A DNA stretch of 64,000 nucleotides from Octopus bimaculoides (GCF_001194135.2 NC_068984.1:5550693-5614692), one strand, 5' to 3'. Counted from the stretch's first letter, positions 24,711-37,192 are shown. The notes: generated by a model not told the origin, from the letters alone. Translations and numbers: made by a program.

Positions 24711-24958
24711 TTAGTCATTTCGAAGCATGGAGCCGTGGAATCAGTGTTACTTGTTCAAAAGGGTTTTGTGGAGTGAATGAAAATTTGAGAATGTATTGGT
24801 AGTATTTGCGGATAGATGGCGGGAGGAGAGATGGGTTGGAATAGAAAGAGGAGATAGGTAAACTTAGAACAGGAGGAGAAAATGAGAGGAAGAAAGAGAG
24901 AAAAAAGAAAAAAAAAAGGTGGGAGTGAAAAAGCACAATACCTCTCGTGCATATATAT

Positions 24959-25165
24959 ATATACAAGGATGTCCCGGTATCAATGCATTACGGCCGTTTC
25001 AAGCGGTTCAATTTGATCGATCAATGAAAACATTATATCAATTTGAAAGAAACCGCTCTCCTCGGAGCAGACGACCATATAGATTTTCAACTTCGATTTG
25101 TACGGACTATACCAAACTGGCTTGGTGCCTCAATTTAAGTACCTAATTCAATTGAATTTTATGTA
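24959..25165 (+). mobile_element. Probable Tc1/mariner terminal fragment
   Basis: Starts TA-CAAGGATGTCCC after (TA)n, resembling CAGGGTGTCC-type TIRs; no partner TIR seen. Confidence 0.4.
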
Positions 25166-25182
25166 TATATATNNNNNNNNNN

Positions 25183-25462
25183 AGGGAAATTGAACAAGGA
25201 GGCGGACTCTCGGGAAGTTGTTAAATCATTTATATCTTGAATTCTTCTGCAGATGTTTCGACAGAGGACTTTCTATTTCTGTTAACATGTCTGCTTGATG
25301 AGTTTGTTATTTACATCCTTCTTGATGAGACTGATGCATTTCCGACCATAATTTGTCCTTTGGACATTTTGGGAGTGCATCTGTCCAAACATATGTAGAA
25401 GAATTCAAGTTATAAAAGGTTTAACAACATCCTGAGAGTTCGTCTCTTAATTCCATTTCCCT
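25183..25462. repeat. 83-bp inverted repeat (about 83% identity) enclosing an HHR
   Basis: Arms at 25183-25265 and 25380-25462, 14 mismatches in 83. Confidence 0.9.
25318..25401 (+). ncRNA. Type I hammerhead motif (C3U, G12C mutated)
   Basis: CTTC-TTGATGA-GAC-t-GATGCA-t-TTCC..GGGA-g-TGCATC-t-GTC-CAAAC-ATAT-GTA-GAAG. The inverted partner arm retains GTC-GAAAC. Confidence 0.72.
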
Positions 25463-26904
25463 ATTTTCTACTAAATACGATTTACTATCCTGGAATTAAA
25501 TCCTGGGGCACTTAAGCAACATTTAGCTACCTTGTAATTATTCTCCTGGGTTTTTCCTTTAAATTGTAAACTCTCTCTCTTTCTCTCTCATACATATCTC
25601 CAATACTATACGCAATTGAAGCAGAGACGTTACTCGCGAGATTAATGAATGCTTTATTCACGTTATCCAGAGACAACAAATTTTCAGCTCAGCATCTAGG
25701 AATCCATAGAAATAGTTTCCCAAAAGCCAAAATGTCTCTGACCTTCTTGCTGGCCGCTGTTGAGTCGAAGTGTTTTTGACGCTGCAAGTCCTTCAGAGAT
25801 TTTAACAAAATATGCCTGAGCAAAATCAATTCTGTGAGAAATCCATGTTTTCCTCATTACAGGGTAGGAGAAGAGAGATTAATTACAGATGTCGTATCAA
25901 TCACTTTTGCCTTGCCACATTAATTAAGCATATTTAATCATTAATTAGATTCCAAAGTCTCGTGTGGCTGTATGATAAATACACGCAATATCCTACCTCC
26001 AAATATCGCTCTCCACAGGCAAATGAAATAAAACTTTATTTGTATGTTGTTAGAGTAGACGGTGGGTACGGTCATTCTGGCGGGATTGTAACAGAGTTTG
26101 GTGTCCACCTCTACAACATTGGATAAAAGAAGTTATTTTCAAGTAAGCGAATAGCAAAGTTAAAATCGGTGTAATTTTCAATGAAACATCAGTAGGTGAT
26201 GTGACCTCCTATCTGAGTGCTGCAAGATCCACTGACACGGGAAAAGGTGCTGAATAAATATTCCTCATTGATGAGTTAAAAATTAATTCTCGATTGCTGA
26301 AGCAGTCGGGTCAGTTTCCCAAAACTACAGTGTAAAATCAAAATCTGTTAAAGAAACAAGGAAGTGTGACATTTTTGCTCAGATGAAAGGAAGTCTGTGA
26401 TATGTCGAGGTTTCTACCTTCAGAGAGAACGAAAGAAACAGAGAGAAAGAGAAATCGGGAGAGTCTAATTATGTATGAGCAAAATCAATTGTGAGAAATC
26501 CAGGTTTTTCCCATCACGGGGTAGGAGCATCGCTGATGGACAAGTGGGCCAAGGTATCGATCTTGTTCATAGCGCGCCCTCCTCCTGGTTCGAAGGCTTG
26601 TACCACCAAACAGCTGGTCCGCTCTGGCTGCTGGAACTGAAACTAACACGACACTGTTGGAAGGCAGGTTTAGAGAAGGTGCGGGTTAAAACTACGCACC
26701 CTTTACCTCCATTGGTCAGTTGAAGCTTAGACAGTGTCACGTAGCAGGTAACTGGTGCTGCTGACTGCTGGAGCCCACCGGTGTATATTTAAAGGGAAAT
26801 TTGGTAAGATGGTCAGTCGCCTGCTGATATTTGTTGACGCTGACGCTATATCGAAGAAACCAAAGAACAACAAAAAAAAAAGGAGAACGAAGAAACGCAC
26901 TCAA

Positions 26905-27070
26905 CACCAGAGCTGAAGACACCTCCGAAAGAGGTAGGGCACCACGTCGAAAACGGTAGAGGAGTAGGGGCGGCCCAAAACAGGACGTGGTTCCTCCTGA
27001 TGATGCCTTTAGCCACTGGATCCTATAAAGAAACTGTTGAGGTAGCGAACCACGAAACGTAGTTGGAATT
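26905..27070 (+). ncRNA. Possible double hammerhead-like cluster
   Basis: CTGAAGA (26913), GAAAAC-GGTA-GAGGA (26949-26963), TCCTC-CTGATGA (26992-27003) and GAAAC-GTA (27054-27061), plus several 7-8 bp stems; no canonical stem II. Confidence 0.35.
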
Positions 27071-28269
27071 CCTTAGGCTTGCCACTTTTCAATTCCCACA
27101 TTCAGTAATCAAACTGAATATTAAAATCTGTAGAGTTATTTATAAAGTTCACAAAAGTCACATTGATTTTAGATTAGTCTTGGGATGAACAAAAGTGATG
27201 CTTTAGGACTACATGGTAATATTTCGCCTCTGTGGTTTAACAAACTTCATATACATTGTTCTTCGCCTGACACAAAACAATTATTTCTTATCCCAATTTC
27301 TAAATTAATCCATTCAAATTGTAATCAGTGAAATTGCTTTTAGCTTATAATTACCACTCCCAGGCGGTTCAACTGGTAAATGGCAAACGGTCGCCATATC
27401 TCGGAGGTTGAACTCATATATATGTTTAATTGCTAGTCAAAAAAGAAGAAATGACAAATATCATATCACAAGTTCTTGATTTATTAAAAATAAATTTATC
27501 TCCGCCTCTAGACGATATGTATCATAATTGATAAATGGTAATTAAAACCGGCACCATATGAGAAAGGGAGATAATCAGAGAATGAGAAATTCTCCAAAGT
27601 TGACATAACTTTACGGTAAAAGACAAACTTATTGACCACAGAGAAGACAGGTCGTAGCACGTGTTTCTACCCCAATAGACGTCATCAGCACGACATTTCC
27701 CTGGCCTATCTCCAGCAGCAAGGACACTTTGGCAATTACAAAAAAAAAAGTAATTTGCATAAAGTAAACAAAAATGCGCCAAGAGAAATAACTCAGAGGG
27801 GATAAGTGGCATGAGTACGAAAACTCTGAGTAACTGCATCCGTGCTATTTTAATTTCTAAAGACGGATCATTTAATTTAAATTCCATTATTTATCAATAG
27901 TATAGGTTTGAGATTTATTTATATTTTGAACGACGCGCCATTCCAATCTTGATTTTCAGTTTCATTTCTGAGTATATTAATTACAAAACTGAATTTCTGT
28001 AAGAAATTCCGTGCTAATAACATGAACCTAAACCATGACACAGTTCCAGTATCGTTCACCGTGTACAAAGCAACAAGAAAACTTTAGAGAAACTTCAACA
28101 AGATTTATCTGTATGTCTCGTCAGTAACAAGAGGCTGATGTGTCTGGCTTTCAATAAACTTATGATGTAAATCTTCTGATAAAATGTAAATGAACTGAAG
28201 ACGAATAGACTGGGTTTTTTTTCTCCTCTTTGAAAATATGTTGCCTAAAGTAATATTCTGTTGCTCATC

Positions 28270-28430
28270 TAGACGTTGATGTTGTTGTTGTTCTTGGTGG
28301 TGGTGGTCATGATGACAACGAGGATGCTGAAGATGATTATCATTATGATGATGATGATGATAAAAATAAAAACGAGGGTGATGATGACGACTCTGTTGTT
28401 TATCGCTGCTCGTACTTCTTATTGTTATCC

Positions 28431-28476
<46 letters not shown>

Positions 28477-28545
28477 GATGACGCAGTTGTTGATTTACCG
28501 TTGTAGGAGATGGTTATGATGATGATGATGATTATGACAATGACA
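28270..28545. repeat. Compound trinucleotide repeats (GAT/GTT/TAT)
   Basis: Direct reading. Confidence 0.9.
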
Positions 28546-28876
28546 ATGTAACGTTGAGAGTGAGGCTTATGTCGTCGACGTTGTTGAAATTGTTTCTGGT
28601 TGTTTCCCTCTTTTGTTTACCTCTCATATATCTGTCTCAATCACTTTACTTATTATTTCCAATATATTTTCTATAGCTTGTCTCATTTTCCAGCTATTCA
28701 TACCTAACAGCATAAATATAATTTTCCTTTATACATTTTTCTCTCCGTATATTAGCTTTCTCTTTGAGATCAATTATTTTATTCCTATAATTTCTATTTG
28801 CAAAAGAATTCTTTGATATTTTACTCCAAGGTAAAGTTTTTAATCAGTACCAGCCAACAACAGGATACTTTTTTCC

Positions 28877-28934
<58 letters not shown>

Positions 28935-29684
28935 TGTGTGTGTGCTGTTCTTAAATTTCTTCTTTCACAAAAACTTTCACATCAGTGTTGCATTGTAATT
29001 AATATTCCTCCAATATTTCTACTATTCTTCTTTCACTCCTCTTCCCGCCCCGAACTCGCACTTTTCCTTTCATTTTTTTGTCTCTTCTTCATTGCTTTCA
29101 TTTTCCTCTCTTTCTTTCTTTCCTTCCTTTCTTTCCTTTCTTTCTTTTCTCTCTATACACTTTATAACATTCTACAAACTAATTTTCTTCTCACGCAGAA
29201 CAAAAATAAGTTTTGTACCTCAGTTGTATTGCAATTATTCTTTCTACGTTTTTTACCCATTTTTCAGTCGCATCTCTTCTTTTTCTCGTTGTGCCACCTT
29301 CTTTTGCTCTCTCATCCCTCTACCAGTTCACGCCTCCCTTCTATGCAACAGCGTCTCTCACCCATACGGATTCATACACTTCGATCAGGTCTACTTTACT
29401 TTTGCCGTCCTTTTTACTTCGCACTTCTTCACTTTCCTCACAATCAACACACAATACAAGTACACATGTCAGTCTACTTCCGCACTTACAGGCCTCTAAA
29501 TATATACACTCCACGAAAATCATACACACACTACTACCCCTTATGCCCACCTAAAAACATGCTAATACGTACACACACATACTGCGCCTCAGCCCTTCTT
29601 CACAGAACCGCATTTCTACCTGGCGTCTAATACCACCTCCATTTTTATATCAACCACTTATCCTCTTTCTCACTACTATGCATT

Positions 29685-29720
29685 TCTTTTGATGAAAGAA
29701 TGTCCTCCGAAACGTTAAGA
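29685..29720 (+). ncRNA. Degenerate minimal hammerhead motif
   Basis: TCTT-TTGATGA-A-agaatgtcctcc-GAAAC-GTT-AAGA; the flank after the core resembles the 16308-16474 element. Confidence 0.45.
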
Positions 29721-31199
29721 CCCTTTAAGCCTCCTACTTTAAGCGTTAATCTAATTCAATATTTGTTAAATCTTTCATGTATTGGCGTTTTTCATTTTGA
29801 TATTATGCTTTCCATCATATATATATATATATATATATATACATTACTTCAGTCATTAGACCGCCTTGCAGAATTTTCAGTCGAATTAATCGCACCAGTA
29901 CGTTTTAAAATCCTATATATTCGATATATTTTGCCGAACTGGTAAGTTACGGAGACGAAAAAACGCAAGCACAAGAGTATAGAAATGGTATTACCCAAAT
30001 AAGGTATGGTTATCTAGAATAACACTTAGCAGAACTAATATGTTCACACAGAATGTATTCCGTGCTACGCCAAACATAGGTACGGTGTTAAACTATCACA
30101 GTAATCCGATACGAACGATCAACGCTGTCATCTCCTCGTTGTCAACTCTCGACTGTCAACTACCGACAGTTTACACTGTTTCTTTATTTTATTAAAATGC
30201 GTCAATCCACTTTTGATCACGTGGGTGTGGCCAGGCTCCTTCCACAACAATANNNNNNNNNNNNNNNNNNNNNNNNNNNNNNNNNNNNNNNNNNNNNNNN
30301 NNNNNNNNNNNNNNNNNNNNNNNNNNNNNNNNNNNNNNNNNNNNNNNNNNNNNNNNNNNNNNNNNNNNNNNNNNNNNNNNNNNNNNNNNNNNNNNNNNNN
30401 NNNNNNNNNNNNNNNNNNNNNNNNNNNNNNNNNNNNNNNNNNNNNNNNNNNNNNNNNNNNNNNNNNNNNNNNNNNNNNNNNNNNNNNNNNNNNNNNNNNN
30501 NNNNNNNNNNNNNNNNNNNNNNNNNNNNNNNNNNNNNNNNNNNNNNNNNNNNNNNNNNNNNNNNNNNNNNNNNNNNNNNNNNNNNNNNNNNNNNNNNNNN
30601 NNNNNNNNNNNNNNNNNNNNNNNNNNNNNNNNNNNNNNNNNNNNNNNNNNNNNNNNNNNNNNNNNNNNNNNNNNNNNNNNNNNNNNNNNNNNNNNNNNNN
30701 NNNNNNNNNNNNNNNNNNNNNNNNNNNNNNNNNNNNNNNNNNNNNNNNNNNNNNNNNNNNNNNNNNNNNNNNNNNNNNNNNNNNNNNNNNNNNNNNNNNN
30801 NNNNNNNNNNNNNNNNNNNNNNNNNNNNNNNNNNNNNNNNNNNNNNNNNNNNNNNNNNNNNNNNNNNNNNNNNNNNNNNNNNNNNNNNNNNNNNNNNNNN
30901 NNNNNNNNNNNNNNNNNNNNNNNNNNNNNNNNNNNNNNNNNNNNNNNNNNNNNNNNNNNNNNNNNNNNNNNNNNNNNNNNNNNNNNNNNNNNNNNNNNNN
31001 NNNNNNNNNNNNNNNNNNNNNNNNNNNNNNNNNNNNNNNNNNNNNNNNNNNNNNNNNNNNNNNNNNNNNNNNNNNNNNNNNNNNNNNNNNNNNNNNNNNN
31101 NNNNNNNNNNNNNNNNNNNNNNNNNNNNNNNNNNNNNNNNNNNNNNNNNNNNNNNNNNNNNNNNNNNNNNNNNNNNNNNNNNNNNNNTATATATTGATC

Positions 31200-31239
31200 G
31201 GATCAACTGGAACACTCGTCGACGTGTTCCAGTTGATCC
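31200..31239. repeat. Perfect 16-bp hairpin
   Basis: GGATCAACTGGAACAC-tcgtcgac-GTGTTCCAGTTGATCC. Confidence 0.95.
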
Positions 31240-32595
31240 AATGTGGCTTATATATGTATGGATAATATTCATAGTGTACTTCATGTCTGTATGTATAATA
31301 TATGGAGTGTGGTTTACATACATAAATTATAGTAGTGAATAGGCTTAATAAAGTTTATAGTGAGTGTATATGTGTGTGTGTGTACGTGTTTGTGTGTGCG
31401 CGTGTGTGTGTCTGAATTTGCGAGTGAGCTTGTAAAGACCATTTATAAAGTGACGTCAGAGTACAAGAATGCAAATCACATGTGGAGTCAGTAACTCGGG
31501 AAACTTCAACATATGTGGCAAAATGAAATTTGCCATTTTCATAATTTCTTTGATGATTTTAATTATCAGCCAAAGAATATTATTCGAATTTTCTGAAAGT
31601 CACGTTGCCGCATAAGAACACACCTGACCGAAAGATAAGATTGGCATATGAAACCGCTTTGTTTTATTAATAATTTGAGTGGCTATATCAGATTTCTGCA
31701 TTAAATGGGTTAAATAATATAACCTGAGTTAATGTTCATTTGTTGTTACCTGTTTAAATACATCCTTGAAAACTTCAAAAAGGCCCCTTAGAACAATGAA
31801 CGATAAAATATGAGTGATCTCTAATCACATTAACATATTAGCAATCTTGCCGAAGTGTACAGTGAATCGGTGGCTTTACAGCGGTGACGTGGATTTCTCT
31901 CACATGAAACAACAGCCACATACTCTTTTACTTGTTTCAGTGATTTGACTGTGGCCATGCTGGAGCACCGCTTTTAGTCGAGCAAATCAACCACAGTACT
32001 TATTCTTTGGNNNNNNNNNNNNNNNNNNNNNNNNNNNNNNNNNNNNNNNNNNNNNNNNNNNNNNNNNNNNNNNNNNNNNNNNNNNNNNNNNNNNNNNNNN
32101 NNNNNNNNNNNNNNNNNNNNNNNNNNNNNNNNNNNNNNNNNNNNNNNNNNNNNNNNNNNNNNNNNNNNNNNNNNNNNNNNNNNNNNNNNNNNNNNNNNNN
32201 NNNNNNNNNNNNNNNNNNNNNNNNNNNNNNNNNNNNNNNNNNNNNNNNNNNNNNNNNNNNNNNNNNNNNNNNNNNNNNNNNNNNNNNNNNNNNNNNNNNN
32301 NNNNNNNNNNNNNNNNNNNNNNNNNNNNNNNNNNNNNNNNNNNNNNNNNNNNNNNNNNNNNNNNNNNNNNNNNNNNNNNNNNNNNNNNNNNNNNNNNNNN
32401 NNNNNNNNNNNNNNNNNNNNNNNNNNNNNNNNNNNNNNNNNNNNNNNNNNNNNNNNNNNNNNNNNNNNNNNNNNNNNNNNNNNNNNNNNNNNNNNNNNNN
32501 NNNNNNNNNNNNNNNNNNNNNNNNNNNNNNNNNNNNNNNNNNNNNNNNNNNNNNNNNNNNNNNNNNNNNNNNNNNNNNNNNNNNNNNNNNNNNNN

Positions 32596-32635
<40 letters not shown>

Positions 32636-34596
32636 GGAACCAGTGAAAGGTATTGATGTAGGCCATGACATAGTTAAAGAATTTTCCTCTAAAAATAGAA
32701 AATTACTCGACAACTGTACATTCTACAGTTTTCTCTAGTTACCCATTGAAACACAGAGAAGATGAGTGAAGAACGGGTGAAGAATAAAGACAATACCCAA
32801 AATAATGGATCTTCTTACTGGCTGCTAATCACGAATCTGTTTTTAGATATGACGAGTTATTTTCGTAACTACCACAGGAACAGTTTCGCTGTAATTCGTC
32901 TTTTTATTGTTGTTGTATATTTTGTTTATCTATTTTCTTTTTACTTTGCCTTTCGCGTTTTGTTTCAAACGTGTTTCTTTTTACATAATCATTTTATTTT
33001 TGTTCTCATGTTTGTGGAACTAAATTCAGCCGCAACCAATAGTTAAGGTATTACGTCCTTGAAGACATGATAAGAATAGACAGTGTGTATGTACGAGTGT
33101 TTATACATGTTTCTCTCTATGTGTATGTATGTTTATGTATGTACCGGTGTGTCTGTTTGTGAGTTTACACATGTGCATTTATTTTGTATATGTTTATATG
33201 TGTGCAGGTGAGTGTGTGTTTATATATGTGTATATGAGCGTAGGTGATCTGTTATATGTGCATGTGTGTGTATTTGAACATATGTAAGCATGTCTGTACA
33301 TACATATGTGAATATGTGTTTTTGTGTGTTTGTACATGGATGTGAATGGGCGTTTGTCTATGTGTATGCATCTGTATATATGTGTATGCGTATGTTTTAA
33401 ACGATATAACCCAGTAAGCAACGGTCGCCACCGGCTCACCCATCTTCACCATCTTAGCCTATACTACTGCGCGGTGAGATGTCTATCGCTCATTATATAG
33501 TTTTATCTCTAAGTCTGTAACTAACATACAAGACACCTGGGGTTAATAACTTAATTATTGAGTGAGATAATCTTTCTCTACGCACTTCTAGCATGCACCT
33601 CTCTATTTTAAACAAGGTTTTATCATTCACTACCCAAACCTTTACCCAGTACCTCGTCAGTTCATGTCTATTTGGAGTCTGGAATTCAAATATCTGATTT
33701 CAAAAATTTGCTTAGCTATTCGAAACAGACATTTCTGTGTTGTTTGACGAAAGATGAGACGGACTATTTTTCATTTGAAATTATCTCAAGGCGGTTTTGC
33801 AAACACCTTTGCAGTACACACACACGCACACGCACACGCACACGCACACGCGCACACACACACACACATCTGTATGCATATATATATNNNNNNNNNNNNN
33901 NNNNNNNNNNNNNNNNNNNNNNNNNNNNNNNNNNNNNNNNNNNNNNNNNNNNNNNNNNNNNNNNNNNNNNNNNNNNNNNNNNNNNNNNNNNNNNNNNNNN
34001 NNNNNNNNNNNNNNNNNNNNNNNNNNNNNNNNNNNNNNNNNNNNNNNNNNNNNNNNNNNNNNNNNNNNNNNNNNNNNNNNNNNNNNNNNNNNNNNNNNNN
34101 NNNNNNNNNNNNNNNNNNNNNNNNNNNNNNNNNNNNNNNNNNNNNNNNNNNNNNNNNNNNNNNNNNNNNNNNNNNNNNNNNNNNNNNNNNNNNNNNNNNN
34201 NNNNNNNNNNNNNNNNNNNNNNNNNNNNNNNNNNNNNNNNNNNNNNNNNNNNNNNNNNNNNNNNNNNNNNNNNNNNNNNNNNNNNNNNNNNNNNNNNNNN
34301 NNNNNNNNNNNNNNNNNNNNNNNNNNNNNNNNNNNNNNNNNNNNNNNNNNNNNNNNNNNNNNNNNNNNNNNNNNNNNNNNNNNNNNNNNNNNNNNNNNNN
34401 NNNNNNNNNNNNNNNNNNNNNNNNNNNNNNNNNNNNNNNNNNNNNNNNNNNNNNNNNNNNNNNNNNNNNNNNNNNNNNNNNNNNNNNNNNNNNNNNNNNN
34501 NNNNNNNNNNNNNNNNNNNNNNNNNNNNNNNNNNNNNNNNNNNNNNNNNNNNNNNNNNNNNNATATATATATATATATATATATAATATACATAGA

Positions 34597-35460
34597 CTGG
34601 ACCCCGTTATCAGCATTCAAAACTAAATGCAATACCCATTAAATACACTGGACCTGGACAGATTGCAATCCTAGAGGCACAGTCTGTGCGAGACCTGGGC
34701 ATTTACATGAGTACTGATGCATCCTTCCATGTTCATGTTGCTAAATTGGCAATGAACTGCAGGCGGCTGACCGGATGGATTCTCAGAAATTTTAGAACAA
34801 GGGATGAAGAAATAACGATGGTCTTCTGGAAGACGCTTGTCCTAAATCACTTTGACTATTGCTCTTAGCTATGGTCACCAACCAGTGTCAAATTAATTTG
34901 AGAACTTGAGGCATTCCAACGAAGGTACACGAAGATAATCTCTTCAGTCTTTCCCAGTAGCTTATATGCTGCATAGAGACTAAGACTTTATTCCTTAGAG
35001 CGTAGGCGAGAAAAATATGCCATAATATACATCTGGAATATCCTGGAGGGACTTGTCCCAAACTTTGGTATCGAGAGTTACACAAATACTAGAACTGGGC
35101 GCCACTGCGTAGTGCCAAGGACTCCAAATTTGCCATCAAGGTAAAAGGCAAGATACTGCAAGAGCCTGGGCTTCAGAGGACCGCAGCTCTTCAATATCCC
35201 CGCAAAGGACCTGAGAGACCTGCATGGAGTGGACGTAGGTGTCTTCAAAATAAAACTGGACCTCGTACTGTCAAGTGTCCCAGATGAGCCAACGTCGTGG
35301 CAAGAGGTGCAGATGAGGGCAGCTGCATCAAACTCCCTCATGCACCAAATGCCAATTCCTAAAAAGCATTCGTGAAGTAAAATTATGTAGCAACACCAAA
35401 TGGCGGTGCCCCAACATGGCCACAGCGCATGAACTGAATCTAGATTACATCAAATCAAAT
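34597..35460 (+). mobile_element. CR1-group LINE, 3' end of ORF2 and 3' UTR
   Basis: VRDLGIYMS..FHVHV..GWILRNFRTRD..FDYCS*LWSP..FQRRYTK..RLYSLERRRE..FNIP..FKIKLD, disrupted by stops; tail (ATCAA)n. Confidence 0.9.
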
Positions 35461-36129
35461 CAATCAACTGCAAATCGTTGTCAATGATGAGTAGGGAAGG
35501 ATATAGTTCCTAGTCCGTGTATCAGTTCTGACACACAATAATGTCTCAGCGATACAAAGAAATCCTATACATAATAGCAATAATCAGAAAGTAGGGACTG
35601 AACACAGAAACATCTACTATAGTCGATGCAGATAACCACGGGGCCCATATCCCCAAACTTACACGCTGGGAAATAATAGTAGTATTGGGTGTTGTATAGT
35701 TAGTGGCGGTCGGAGTATATTTTGATGTTCTACTTGAACGTTGATGTTCTACTTGAACGTTGAACAGCCACCAAAGAAGGTAAATTTGCGTTACAATAAA
35801 TAATTCTGCTTTTGCTGTATCATAACATAATCCTGTCGTAATTTGTTTTCAAATCTAATAATACACAGAAACCAATATCTACGTCAAGTTTTAGTTGTAT
35901 TATAAGATAGAAATAGCCTGATGTTTATATATGTCTGAGTAAAATTTATGGCTGAGTGTTCGGTTCAGCACAGAAGCACACTGTGTGACAACAACAGACG
36001 CCATACGTCATAATAGAAAATATAGAACGATAACAAAAACCACAAAACCGACAAAAATGGTGACTGGTAGCGCAGTAGAAGCATGGAATAATAATAGGAC
36101 TACTGAATAGTAGAAATAATAATAATAAT

Positions 36130-36480
36130 GATAATTTCAAATTTTGGCACAAGGGGTGGGGGATAAGTCGATTACATCAACCCCAGTGTTCAACTAAAAC
36201 TTACTTTAGCGACCCTGAGATGATGAATAGTAGAGTAGCCCTCGGCGGCATTTGAACTTAGGACGTAAAGACGGATGAAGGTACAAATCCAATGAGTTCG
36301 AGGCAGTGGGTAAGTCGGTTACATCGACTCCGGTACACGACTAGTGATTTATATTCATTGTACCTGCCCCGAAAGAATAGAATACAAGGTTGGCCTTGGC
36401 GTGATATAAACAGGGAGGTTAAGAGCCGGAACTAATACTGAAAGCATATTTTCCGATGCTCTAATGATCCTTCTGTGACG
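36130..36480 (-). mobile_element. Two adjacent SINE family 1 copies
   Basis: Body and tail at 36130-36290; second, more diverged copy at 36300-36480. Confidence 0.7.
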
Positions 36481-37117
36481 AAGCTTATAATGCTGCTGCT
36501 GCTGATGATGGTGATAAGTATTACGTCATAGTGTGGAATGCAAAGCAACATCTTTGAAGAATGTGCAGAGACATCGCCGAGAATTATTTCTAAAAATGTT
36601 GGTAATTGTTATGACAGGTAATAAGAAGGATAATTCGGTCCGAACAAAAATAAAGCACAGAGATATGATAGCAAAAGCAGTGTGTGTCATGGATGGAAAC
36701 AGTCCTAACAGGGCTTTGTTTTCGCTCAGTTCGTTACAGTACAAGAATGATTACGGAAAGACATTATCTCGTAGGTCTGCTAAGCTAACAGTGCCCTCAC
36801 TGTAGTTTTGTGGGAGCATATGTACTAGATACTTACTGCGTTCACTTTCTAAATTCAGAACAGCAGCAAATGGAACCAACATATTTATCAACAGCATCAC
36901 TTATCAAATGATTTCTCAAGGTGCAACGCGTAAAATATATTTTCCCAGTTATTTTAGGTTTTATTAAAAAGAATTTTGTTCTGAGGCCTGCAGGCATTGA
37001 AGATAATGGAGGATCAATTAAACAGGTTAAGATTTTCTTATCTCAGTTTAAAAGAATAAATCTGAATACTGCAAACACGTGTTTTCGAAGCCCAAGTGCA
37101 ATCTCCCTATACTTGTC

Positions 37118-37148
<31 letters not shown>

Positions 37149-37192
37149 ACGCACACGCACACGCGCACACACACACACAGGTATATGCATAA

